Shown: in pieces, positions 52,083-64,000 of the stretch | How positions within the stretch are numbered: the stretch's first letter is position 1 | Layout: each line of letters opens with the position of its first letter | Origin: Camelus dromedarius | Taxonomy: Eukaryota | Assembly: GCF_036321535.1 (NCBI RefSeq) | Contig: NC_087436.1 | Location: forward strand, 24,430,001 to 24,494,000 | Reading direction: 5' to 3' | Length of the DNA stretch: 64,000 nt | The notes under the pieces: generated by a model | Seen by the model: only the letters and a program-made list of their open reading frames with translations | Told to the model about the DNA's origin: nothing | Databases searched by the model: none | Position numbers and translations under genes: made by a program

Positions 52083-52485
52083 GTAGGTGAGGGGGAAACC
52101 ATTAGTTGTATTTAATTTTTAGAGATCTCCTTGGCAGAAGTGATCTGTTCCCCTTTTAATATTTGCATTCTAAGAACCTGCTGGTGTCAAAACTTTGAAA
52201 AGTGCTTGATGTTTTAAATGTATTTTGTTGTTGTTGTTAAAGTAGACGTCTCATATGACCTGAATTGGTTTTTACGGTTTTATAGATGGAAATAAATGTA
52301 GGCGTTAGTTTTTAAAACATACTCATTTCATGGTATTTTATAAACTTCAGGGATTTTTGGTACATCTGTAAAATTTGGGAGCACTAGTTTTATACATTTG
52401 GATTTGCATTCATCTTTTTGCTCAAGAGACCTGTTTTATAATTTAGCATTGAATATAATCAACTTTATTTTTTTTCATCTACTAG

Positions 52486-53113
52486 GACAGTTCGTGTGGC
52501 AATGCAAGTACCTGTTGTGATGACATCATTGGGTCAGAAAATCTCAACCGTGGCAGTTCAGTCAGTTAATGCAGGTGCACCGTTAATAACCAGCACTAGC
52601 CCAACAACAGCAACCTCTCCAAAGGTAGTTATTCAGACAATCCCTACTGTGATGCCAGCCTCTACTGAAAATGGAGACAAAATCACCATGCAGCCTGCCA
52701 AAATTATTACCATCCCAGCTACACAACTTGCACAGTGTCAACTGCAGACAAAGTCAAATCTGACTGGATCAGGGAGCATTAACATTGTTGGAACCCCACT
52801 GGCTGTGAGAGCACTTACCCCTGTTTCAATAGCCCATGGTACACCTGTAATGAGACTATCAGTGCCTACTCAACAGGCATCTGGCCAGACTCCTCCCCGA
52901 GTTATCAGTGCGGTCATAAAGGGGCCAGAGGTTAAATCAGAAGCAGTGGCAAAAAAGCAGGAACATGATGTGAAAACTTTGCAGCTGGTACAAGAAGAAA
53001 AACCGGCAGATGGAAATAAGACGGTGACCCATGTGGTGGTTGTCAGTGCGCCTTCAGCTATTGCCCTTCCTGTAACTATGAAAACAGAAGGACTGGTAAC
53101 ATGTGAGAAATAA
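52486..53113 (+). CDS. ELF2: ELF2 last coding exon (TVRVAMQVPVVMTS...TEGLVTCEK*), S/T/P/V-rich C-terminus
   Basis: ctactag acceptor; open frame to TAA at 53111-53113; matches the recalled ELF2 C-terminus. Confidence 0.97.
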
Positions 53114-54230
53114 AATAGCTCTCCCATGGGCTGTAGAATGTTGGTGATACTAACATAAATATTTGCAAGGATGTCATCAAGAGAAGTCAAAAGACTTTAA
53201 AACATTTTTATTGCATATAAGAAAACAATCAAACTTACTGGAAATAAATTACCTATCCCATGTTTCAGTGGGAAATGAACTACATATTGAGATGCTGACA
53301 GAAAACTGCCTCTTACAGTAGGAAACAACTGAACCCGTCAATAAAAAGGATTGAAAGGGACCAAGCAACTCACTACAATATCAAGTTACACTAAGACTTG
53401 GAACACTAACATTCTGTAAGAGGTTATATGGTTTTCAGTGGGGAGGGGTTGGGATGGGTGATCTCATTGTTACATATAGCAATTTTTGATGCATTTTATA
53501 TGCATACCAGCAATTATTACTGTGTTCACACAGAACTCACTTAACTGGTGCTATGTGAAGACTGCTAATATAGGTATTTTAGAATGTGAATTGAAGAATG
53601 GATCCAAAAGCTTCAGAAAGAGGATAGCAAAAAAGATCTAGTGTGGTTTTTTTTTATATCATATAGCTTAAGCTGATTTAAAACAAAGGCCTTAGACTAA
53701 TTTTCGGTTTTCTTTATTGAAATAAGCTAATGGCTTGTTTGTGTAAAGCTTTTTTTATTAAAAGAAAAATTTTAAAAATCTTGTACCTAGCACAGTATTG
53801 TTATAGAATTTACATGTAACATTTTATATGGTAGTTTAAGTCTGTCAGTTTCTTAATTGTGGACAAGTTAACAGTTGGCTCTGGCCTTTTGCTATAACAT
53901 GCCTGTGTCACTCAGCCCTGGCATCTTGCAGACATATCAGTTTCATTTCTCCTGTCACTTGGAAGTTAAGACTCAGCATGAATTTTTGTCAGGTAGCTCT
54001 GATACCTGGAGTTCTCTTCCTTTCTCTTTTTTCTTTTCTTTTCTTTCTTTTTTTTTTTTTTAGTTGAAGTTTAAGAGGGAAAGTACCAGTGTTCAGATTT
54101 GAACTATAATAGTTTGTATATTCAACATTTGAAGTATATTCTATTTTGTTGTACTCTTGTTTCAAAGTGTATTCAAGTAGGTTTTCTGAAATATAGAAAT
54201 GAAATTTTATCTTGTGTTTTGGTCTCTGGT
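53114..54230 (+). other. ELF2: ELF2 3' UTR (3' end approximate) with candidate poly(A) signals
   Basis: No recognisable repeats in this AU-rich sequence after the stop; AATAAA at 53243 and 53340, ATTAAA at 53757; the true cleavage site cannot be fixed from sequence. Confidence 0.6.
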
Positions 54231-55759
54231 GATATTTATAATATTCAAAAGCTAGTAGAGACACATTGTTTTAGTTAAGAAGTAATAGAAGTCCTATTTC
54301 TCCTTCCCAACTACTGCGTGAAGAAATTCTACTTGTTTTGTTCCGTTACAGTAATATTTGGCCAATGATCTGCATGTTTCTACTTCCTTTCTAATTACTG
54401 TCATGAACTTGTAATGTTCTACTTACCGTATGAATTTACTATTTTAATGTTGGCCACAGTTAAACAATTTATATTTAAAATCAGACCTTCTGTTTCTCAA
54501 TCACACTTTTTGAGGGTTAGAACAAATAATACTCTAGCCCTTTTACAAATTAGGAAGTGGAGCTACCAGAGAGATTACATGATTCCTAATTTCACACCAA
54601 ACTAGGTCCTGTGATTCCACATCTTAATGCTCTTTCTACTACAAAGAAAAGTTGTCTATTTTTACATCTTTTAGAAATTCAAATAAACTGATACTTAATA
54701 TTTTGCGGCCTTTAATTGTGCTTTTGATCAGATACTACTTAGGTTAGGTCAGTAGATTTTTATAACACCTCCCTTTGTAATCTTTTTTCCATAAACATAC
54801 TTAATGGTACTTTTTAATAAATGCTCAAAAACTCACTTGATTCTCGTCCCATTTGGGGGTTAATCTCAAATTCTACCTCCTTTTAAAACATTTCTGAAAT
54901 ACTTCAGCTTTCAAAATCTGTATTGTATGCCTTGGCACTTTTTTGTGTTGTCTTTTTTGCAGTTTCATTTGTTTGGACAGTTTAGAATTCCATTATTCTT
55001 TTTTAGGGGAAAGGTTGTAGCTTACTCTGTGCCCACCCCTTCCCAAGTGCAGCATTTTATTAGACACTCAGACATCTATTGGTTTTGTTAACATATTTGC
55101 TAACAATCTAAGTCACATGGAGGATAGCTAATGACATTTTAAGCGAGCAGTTCTATTAGTAATTGGTTCTAATTAGGTTAAGCCAAGGCTACTTGTTTAC
55201 CTCCACCACTTTACCTGAACATTCTTGTCTCAATAAATACACCAAAGGTCTAGATTTGGAAACATACATGTTGACAGAATATATTGATAAGAATGTTTCT
55301 TCCAATTGAAATTATCAGTGGTATGGCTTTTAATCTCAACCCTTCCAAACTGTTAATCATTATAACTTGTATTTGCTTTTTGTGTCTGGTGTGTCAGAGA
55401 ACCACCTAACAATGACTTGATGCCAATATATTTTCCAGTCTCACCAGGCTTTTGAACAATGATCAGCAGTCTGCTCATTTATTCCTTGGGTCATCTTCCA
55501 GCAACAGTTCCAGCCTTCACCACACTCCTTACCAAATGACCAGTATACCTCTTTGTAGAGAACAGAGGTCATGAGCTGTCAACTCCATTTCTGGACCCCT
55601 TGCTGTAAGAGCATCTACTTATTCCAGCGTCCATCCTCTAACACTCGTGTCAGGAAGGAGGTGGGTGTGCCTTCCTCCTGTACTCGGCAGCTTCTCCCCT
55701 TTCACACCATGGTTTCCTCATTCCAGCAGTTAATGGCCCCTCATTCTGTCTCTCTTCAG

Positions 55760-56620
55760 TAGCTTGCAGTCAACTCTGGCTTAGAAACCGTTCTCATTGA
55801 GGTCTCCAGTAACCCAGTAGTCAAATCATACAGTAATTCATTGTTTCATGTGGTTGCCCTACTTAAAATTCTCTTTTGGTTTTCCATGACACACCGCTTC
55901 TGGTTTACTTCCTGCCTGACCAACTCTTCTTAGTCTACCTTGTTTTCCTTCAGCGTTCCCATTTAAAGACAGTACTTATCATGGGGCTCTTTTCCTCATA
56001 GAATAGTTGTATTTACTGTTAGGATTTTGATTCAACATAATTGTTAGATAATCTCACCCACACACATGGTTTTTACTACCAGATCTATTATTCTAGGCTA
56101 GACTGAAAGTCTTAGATGGGCTTCTATAATTACCTACTGGCTATTTCCTCCTGAACATCCAATTGAGGTCTCTGTCTAAAATCTGTTCCTCTTAGCTCGA
56201 CAAATGACATTACCAGCAACCCGTTAACTCATGCCAGGAGAAACCTGAGGGCCATTCTGGACCTTATTTCTTATATCCAGTCTTTCACGCAGTCCTGTTG
56301 ATGGTACCTTCTAAACAGCTTCCTTTCCCATCCTCCCTACCTTACTGCTTGTCTTCTCAAGCGTTCCTCTAGTCCATTTTCCATGCTGCTAGCCGAGAGC
56401 TTTCGGAAGATGCGAATTTCATCACTTCCTTATGACTGCTTTAAATTCATATCTCTTACTAGAAAGACAAAAGTGCAAAGCATAACATTCAAAGTCCTTT
56501 GATCTGGCCTCTGCCCATCTTCCCAAGCCTTCCCAATACTCTCTTGCCACTCCTGTTTTAGGCATCTCTGGGCTACAGACATAGTGACAAATTTCCCCAA
56601 ATATTCCTGGTACCTATACA
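55760..56620 (+). mobile_element. L2 remnant
   Basis: Pyrimidine-rich degenerate L2 blocks (tggttttccatgacac; gtcctgttgatggtaccttctaaa; tgatctggcctctgcc). Confidence 0.6.
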
Positions 56621-57566
56621 TTGTCGAGCCATGCCATTGATAGCTTCCCTCCAGATCACTCTTTCTTCACCTACATTTGAGTTCCCTTATATTTACTGCG
56701 TTAGAGGTGACAGGCATCAAAATATTTGTGAAATAGGCTTGGAAACTATTCAGGGTGAGGAGTGGTCTACTCTGAACTCTTAAGTAAGACTGAAAATATC
56801 AAGTATATAAAGACAAAGGGCTAGGTGAGCAGAAAAGAAATCAGCTGTGGAAATCAAGGACTGTTCAAAGAGTTAATAGGACAGATGTCACATTGCAAGA
56901 TACGGTGGGCAACGGTTTGCCTCATTTGCTTGGCCCATCATGTCGTGCCACTTGACACTCTTGCCCACCATAAGGCAAGAAGAATCTGCCAAAATTGATA
57001 CAGTGACTCTAAAGAGGCAGTTCCAGTAGGGGAGGTGGCTGTGAAGCCAGAATATAAGGGATGGGGGCACCTGGTTCATTACCAGGGGTTTACCTGACAC
57101 CTAGCATTCTTCGCTCTGCAGAGTGCATCTCTGCTCACTGTATACAAACAAGTCATGTTTAATTGTAATTAATCAGATAAACTCCCAAAGACAAAATTTT
57201 GGCTTTTATTTACAAAGTATACTGAGATTCTTTATGTCTCTTGGCCTTTTTGAGGGCATTATAGAACACATTTTTGGGAAGCAAGAGAAACCCTACTTCT
57301 AGTTCCAAAGCCATTGCAGCAGCTCTTCCCTTCATTACAGCTTCACTGCTGACAGCACAAGTCCTCTGTGGCTGTGACTTGTCTGTACTTTAGCCTGTTG
57401 TAATCATTGTCCTCCATAATTAAAACCTGTTACATTCTGGGGGAACTCAGTGCAGTGATGCCAGTCCTCATGAGAATGAGCAGATACTCTTCTCCCTTTG
57501 CAAGTGCACTTCTCTCTTCATCATACCAACAGACCTTTGGAAAACTCAAGTGCATCAAGGAGACTT

Positions 57567-57968
57567 AAGGCATACCTCGTTTTACTGCATTTCGCTTTAC
57601 TGTGTTTTTTACAAACTGAAAGTCTGGCAACCCCAGGTCAAGCAAGTCTACCAGCACAATCATTTGTTGTTTTTCCAACATCATTTTTTTTGCTCACTTC
57701 TGTGTCACTTTTTGGTAATGCTCACAGTATTTCAAACCCTCCATCAGCAAAAAGATTACAACTCACTGACAGCATTTTTTTAGCAATAAATATTTTTAAG
57801 TTAAGGTATACACTTTAGACATAATGCTCTTGCAGCACACTTAATACAGGGTAGCGTAAACATAACTTTTACCTGCACTGAGACACCAGAAAAATCCATC
57901 TTACTTTATTGCGATACATTATTGTGGTGGTCTGGAACTGAACCCCCAAAGTCTCTGAGGTGTACCTG
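57567..57968 (+). mobile_element. Internally deleted Tigger1-type element
   Basis: aggcatacctcgttttactgcatttcgcttt ... ctttattgcgata...gtggtctggaactgaacc...gaggtgtacctg termini. Confidence 0.88.
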
Positions 57969-58279
57969 CATTTGAATTGACATGTATTTAATTCACTTTT
58001 ACGCACCCATGACCATCTTTTTGGACACTCCATCTTGGCAGTAATGCTTTTGAGTTCAGGATTTAAATGATGTAATATATGACAAGTTAAAGTATCACAT
58101 GACTGTTTAATGAAAATTTTCCATATCAAAACCAAAATTGAACTATAAATAGGCTGTGAACAGCAGGGTTGTCTTCTCCCAGAATATCGTTTCCTCCCAT
58201 CCCATTGTATGTTTAACTCTGAGAATATTTTGTCTACTTCAGAAGACTTCAATGAAGTGGTATCAGATAGATACTGAAG

Positions 58280-58455
58280 TACAGTGCTAACTTTGCTGTG
58301 CATTAGAATCACCTGTGAAGACTTAAATACTGTTGCCCAGGTCACATTCCATAGCAGTTCAATACAACATATGGTAGTGGGGGCCAGGCATCAGTGTTTA
58401 AAAAACATATCCCTATAGGTGATTTCATTGTGCAGCCAGGTTTGGGTACCACTGC
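58280..58455. mobile_element. MER5B-like MITE
   Basis: gtgcattagaatcacctg...ggggccaggcatcagtgttt...gtgcagccaggtttgggtaccactg. Confidence 0.75.
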
Positions 58456-58589
58456 CATTCAGATAAAATAAGGAAAGCTTTACAATTAGAGATGTGTCCT
58501 AATCTAAGCTTTTAAAATTGTTTGAATAGAAAAAGGTAGTTTGAGATATATCTATTAAATATTAGTAATGGCTTTTAAAAACATATACT

Positions 58590-59030
58590 GTATATTTCAT
58601 CAATTCTAAAGCCTTCTCACATTTAACAATTCTTTGATTAGGATGAGTCTTTAAAGTCTTGTGAAACAGTATACTGTGTCAATGTGCCTTGTCCCTTGGA
58701 AAGCTATATATTAATGCCAACAATGCTGCCATTGTTCAAAATATTTTTGAATTGCTTCTTGGAGCAGAACCTAAAATTTTATACATATTTAATAGGGACA
58801 AGTTTCCTGCTGAGGAAGATTTTAGTTGTAGAAATAACCAAGTCACTTGAGGTTAATAAACTGATGTGAACAAGCAAGTTACTGCCATATTTGGTTCAAA
58901 ATGAAACATGGCTATGAAGTTCAGTTTTCTTGAAAACTTCATAAAACTGGATATGGAAGCTGTTCCAGAAAGTTTCAAAAAAATTTCTTTGAGCAGTGGC
59001 AGCAGTAACACAAATTGTTTTTGAAGTGCA
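58590..59030. mobile_element. MER104-like fragment followed by a MARNA-like mariner remnant
   Basis: tatttcatcaattctaa; ccttggaaagctatatattaatgccaacaatgctgccattgttcaaaatattttt. Confidence 0.55.
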
Positions 59031-62000
59031 AATCAAAAGAGTTAATGCTAAAAGAAACTAGAGATTTTCTGGTCTATTCCCTGTATTATAAATAAACTAA
59101 AGTTCAGAAAAACTTGACTCATCAGTTTCAGTTCAGCTAGTCAGTGGCAGACCTAGAAACAACTTCTCCTCTGGTGGTAACCTCCATTCCCTTCCATCCA
59201 AAAATAGGGGTGAGGGGAGGGTAGAACCAGCTTAGTTTCTGGGTTAAGTCCATTCCATCATGTGATGATTCTTACTTTCTGACAAACTAAACTGTAAAAG
59301 GTTGCAGACTTTTGCTGTGTGTGTGTCTCTTCAGTTTTACCAGTGTAAGTCAAACGTCAGACATTTCCCATGTCCAGTCCATCATCTCTCAGTGTTTCCT
59401 CCATATGATACAGGACTCTGCAATCATATTTCAGCATTCTTATATTACACACAAGGGGTTTACACCTAGAAGCCTGAGGTTTAATGTGGCAAGATAATTT
59501 AACTTACACTTTATCACCAAAAGAACTTCAGATAGCTTACATATTGTAAAAATAAATCAAAGTCAGCAAAAATAAGCAGGTAAAAGAAAATGAGGCAAAG
59601 AAAAAAAAGGCAGAAAAATGGCAAAAGAAAATAGAATACATGCTGTAGAATATTACACAGTAATTAAAATTCATCTATAAGGTGTCGTTTTGAATGTCTT
59701 GGCAGCCAAAATAAAAAAGGTACCAGCTGCCTAGAAGCAGCAAAGCTTTTCCTAACATTCCACACACACACGAGTGGGTGTGTCTACATTCCTAATGAAT
59801 ACTTTCTTAGAAGTGAGCTTTCCACCCAAATCCGGGGAGCAGGGGCCTGGGATTGTGGGTATTGTTTCATCTCTCGGAGGCAGATATTTCTACTTTACGA
59901 ATCAAAGTGGGGTTGACATCCTCTCCTGAAATTAAAGAACAGAATCGCTAACCCACTATCTCACATCTGCCTGGAGGAACGGGAAAAAAATCTTGCCATT
60001 TTATCAGCCGCTCAGCTACTTGGAGCTTAATTTTTTATTAATGCTGTTGGTTCTGCCCTTTCAAACTGAAGGACTATTCTCCTTGGAATAATCTTGAGAG
60101 GCTTATTAGGACATCCATGAATATTTTAGCGTGTCAAGTACAGTGCCCTTCCCTTTCTTGCTTTGAACCTTAAGCATTTGTTTACTCAATGATTTACATA
60201 CATTTTTATATTACAATTCACAATACTGTTTTCCAAACCTCTCACAAATCTATGGGATCGACAAGACAGGTATGATGCTTATTCTTTGGATGAGAAAACT
60301 GAAGCCCTAGAGATGAGTGACTCTTCAGGGTCACAGCTAAGTCCTCATGCCCTTCTGTATGATTTGATTTTATAAGCCCAGCTCCAGGCCTCTGCCATTC
60401 CAGTCTAGATAAAAGCCTGCGTGTGCCTGTATTTTTATACACGGCATAAAAAAAAGAGTTTAACAGAGCACCCTACGCAAGCCAACTCATTTTTTGGATG
60501 CTTTTTCTTTTCTAAATTTGAAATGAATTATGATTATGAACATGTGTTATTTTCTCTTTTTAGAATTCAGATCTTGGAAATCTTTCCTCAAGTCTAAGAC
60601 ACATTATCTAATTATATGCAATGTTCCCTTCATTATAAAATCTTGAATGTTAGAAAACTGGTTCAAATACAGACTATTTTCATCAATTTCTTCCTTTAGT
60701 TTGAAACACAACTAGAGTAGTTGTTCTTACTGCTTCCTTTAAAAAAAAAAAAGCCACCATCACAGCACAAACAGTATCAGATGTTCTACTCTGGGTGGTG
60801 CTACTTCACTGCATCAGAATGACTGAAGTCTGCTCTATTAGCTACTGTTAAGCCTCTATCTTGCTTCTGTTCTATGTGGTGTACAAAAACTTGCATGTTT
60901 GACTAGTTTTAACAAATCTTTTCCTTCCCCACAACGTTACTTTTCTCCCCACTTGTGCTCACTCAAGGCCAAGGGAACATGGTGGTGGGGAAGGAAGTGA
61001 GCCCACTGGAGTCATGACAGACCGAGGCTGAATCCTGGCTCTGCTACTATTAGCTGAGACTTGGTCAATTACTTGAACTTTTGAGCCCCATTTTAAAGAG
61101 TAGTTTTAATATATGTAAAGCTCTTAGCACCGAAGATAAGGATCTCAAATGTTAGTTCCCTCCTATTATGCTGTATTTAAATAAATGAGGTGGTCATTCC
61201 TACCACTTAGTAGAATGGAAATCTACTGAACAATAGCCCGGAGGAAGAGAAAAGTCCATGACCACTCTCAGCCTGTCTTCAGATCTGCCCAATTTACCTT
61301 CTAAGACTAATCATAACCACAATCAACATATGGGATACGAAAGGAAAAGCTGAACCAAAAGGCACATAAGGATGGAATACAGGAAACCCATTAATAGAAC
61401 ATACTTAAAACTTCAGAGTACAGATTTGCTTACCAGTATTCCTTCAGGTGACTGAAAGTCCATAAGGCAAAGCTGTCTACAAAGAAAGACTTAAGGGGAC
61501 AAAGAAATACATGTGCAACCTAACAAGATTTATATACCACTAAAAAACTGTTTAACATAGAAAGCTCACATAATTACACTTTAAGCAAGGACAATCAAGT
61601 GTCTGGCCCACTGCCATACTCGGAAGGCTGACTCTGAAGGAGAGCTCCACTGTGGGGTTCCTCCATCTCCATTTATATTTCAGTCACATGTTGGTATTCC
61701 AGAAGCATTTCTGCTCAGTGGCATTCCCACCCACCTCCAACCCATAGCCAGTTAACTCATATTGGGTGGACAACGTTTGAAATTCAAACACTATTTTGGC
61801 TTTCATTCTCATCCAGATTTGCTTGCTTAATTAAGGTTATGAACATTTCTCTTCAGGTTGGTGTACTCTGGGGAGGTAAATAATGCTTAATGCCTGCACA
61901 AGTAAGAGTTAAGTATTCAGCTTCTTAACAACACAACACTCAGTCATGCAAAGATGTGAACCAAATGACAACGGGTACAAATGCTCTTCCTGATTGCCAT

Positions 62001-63259
62001 TCCTTCCAGGTAACCCCAAGATTTTACGTGTACAATGTACTGAAAACCTCATTTGTTTCAAAAGTGGTTCTAATGTAGAATATCTGGATGAGCTATTCTG
62101 GGGATCCCAACCTTAGCACTAAGATACCTAGTAAGCATAGCGCAGATGCCTTTGATGTGCAGCTCAGATCCACCTGTGTCCATTTAAAAAATGAAGGTCT
62201 GATCGCTTATATGTGGAATCTTAAAAAAGGACACAAATGAACTATTTATAACTTAGATGATTGATTTCTTGAATATGTGCAAGCACATTTGACTGTCCTT
62301 TATGACTGGATTACTGCATTCTGTTGATTCTTATTTTGTGGTTGGCTTTATTCCTTTGATAACTATGTAAATTTAAAAAGCTAAATCTCTAAACTGTTCT
62401 TAGAAACAATGAACAGTACATGTGTAAATTTTAAAACGGTTTTATCTCAGTGAGTTGCTCTTCCTAGAATAAACTGTTTACCACCCCCCACCAAAACAGG
62501 TCTGCATGTAAAGGGATAGTGTGGGCACCACATTAACAGTATTGAAAGATCAAATCAACTCTCAGATTCTTTTTGCATTAAAAAGACAAGATATTAAAAA
62601 CACTAGCTTTGAAAGACCATTTATTAATCTTGAATATTTACAACTCATGGATTAAAATACTTTTAATTTATTACCATTAGGCTATTTTGGGTGATTTTGT
62701 TTGAAAGGGGCTTTACCTGTTACCTATACCATTTTGATTTCTGATGGAAGAGAATTCTGGGCTGTTTTTCTAACTTTATATCCTTCTTTCTAGAATTTTT
62801 GAACCAGTAAACTTAGTAAATTTTAACGACAACCTCATTAACAGGCTAGAAATAGTTTCCCATCTCTGAAAAGGTCCCGACTTTTTAGCCACTGCCACAT
62901 AAAAGCTCCCAAATAACCTACTGTGAAAAGCACATACCATTACAAATAATGGCACTAAGTGACCTCAAACACACACCACAACCATTCTGATGGAAAACTG
63001 GAAATGTATAACACTGATTAAATAATGAAGACTGGCAGTGGACTCACTTAAAGAAACACAGTAATAGGGAACATGGAGGCAAAGCAAGGATTCATGAAGA
63101 ACCTATCAAGGAGAACTGATACTCCATTTAAATAACAAAAACCCCTCTAGGTTAAACAGTTTCTTTGTACACTACGATTGTTAGACCCTAAGTAAAAACA
63201 TCTTTAAAGCTTTAAGAAAATTTCTATAAATTACTCTATAACTTAATGTTTTGCATGGT

Positions 63260-63753
63260 TTTAAAATGTTCATACTGCTTTAATTTACTTAATTTTACAT
63301 GAAGATATAAAAAATAAATATTGCCATGCATAACTTGCTGACATTTAAAAAACCACAAATAAATAACTTGCAGTGGTGTCTACAGAAACTACTCCTGCAT
63401 ACTTATTGTTAGTTATGGAGGACTCAAGCAAGTCTATTTTTATATAGCATCCTCAACTGAAAAAGCTTCAAAACAAGCCTAACATAATGCCCTTAAATGA
63501 TCAAGAAAATGCTACAGGGAAGAAAACAGTACAAACCAAAACTGGAGTGCAAACACCTTTTTTGCCGTAGGTTTTAATGGAAAGGGGTTGTGAGCTATGG
63601 GGTTCCTTCCCGAGGGCATGCTGGAAACACGGAAAGTGAAGCTGGGGAAACTGGGAATCCTTCCTTGGTCAACTTCTTATCCTACTTCAGTTTCCTGAAA
63701 CATCCCTGGTTAAAACTCCTGTGATTAAAAAGACAAGCACTTATAAAAGTCCA
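63260..63753 (-). other. NOCT: NOCT 3' UTR (end approximate)
   Basis: Follows the NOCT stop on the - strand; UAUUUAUUU elements near 63313 and 63357; ATTAAA at 63279-63284 (-). Confidence 0.6.
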
Positions 63754-64000
63754 TCAAGGTTCCTCATTAAAGCTGAAGTCACACACTAGAGACAGGTGGT
63801 CTGAAGGGTAATTGAAGGATGGTAGGCGGTTGGGTCCGATCTGTTCCTCAGTGAGCAAATCCAGAGCCGAGCACACACTGAGAGCATGCTTGGAATACCA
63901 GATGTAGTCCAGGGTGTGGCGGCACTCCCCCGAGGTCCGGATCTTCCAGGTCGTGTACGGGGGCTCCGACTGCCCGTCAGCACTCAGCAGCTTGTAGGCG
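63754..64000 (-). CDS. NOCT: NOCT (nocturnin/CCRN4L, EEP-family phosphatase) end of last coding exon, partial
   Basis: Reverse strand from 63999 reads AYKLLSADGQSEPPYTTWKIRTSGECRHTLDYIWYSKHALSVCSALDLLTEEQIGPNRLPSFNYPSDHLSLVCDFSFNEEP*; EEP motifs LDYIWY and PSDH; NOCT is the known convergent neighbour of ELF2. Confidence 0.96.
   Translation of the reverse strand, partial: AYKLLSADGQSEPPYTTWKIRTSGECRHTLDYIWYSKHALSVCSALDLLTEEQIGPNRLPSFNYPSDHLSLVCDFSFNEEP

Noticed and set aside
51786..53190. Antisense ORFs 51786-52010 and 52870-53190
   Set aside because: Shadow frames opposite ELF2 coding exons, with no independent support
57869..58345. 158-aa minus-strand ORF between ELF2 and NOCT
   Set aside because: Starts in a MER5-like element and ends in a Tigger1 terminus; no recognisable domain
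63786..63983. 65-aa ORF in the supplied track at the right end
   Set aside because: Wrong frame; the NOCT frame runs from 63999 to the stop at 63754 and enters from outside the window

Overview
Mammalian genomic DNA, AT-rich and repeat-dense. It is probably camelid, inferred from its tRNA-derived SINEs. The + strand holds most of ELF2 (NERF, an ETS transcription factor): one coding exon of the long isoform (6639-6804), a ~36.7 kb intron containing a CpG-island promoter with an alternative first coding exon (34913-34970, NERF-1 type), six shared coding exons (43495-53113) and the 3' UTR. All junctions are GT-AG and phase-consistent. The right end holds the last coding codons and 3' UTR of NOCT (nocturnin) on the - strand, convergent with ELF2. 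Introns contain nested L1s, L2/MIR remnants, MLT LTRs, DNA-transposon MITEs, three SINEs with target-site duplications and a full-length U6 retrocopy. I see no convincing new multi-gene system. The best leads are small: a hairpin-masked candidate poison exon or structured RNA at ~13.6 kb, an apparent 1-bp insertion shortening the NOCT C-terminus, tandem splice sites that could give NMD-escaping truncated ELF2, and a start-stop uORF plus an upstream splice donor in the NERF-1 leader. Repeat family names come from recalled consensus sequences, not from a search.
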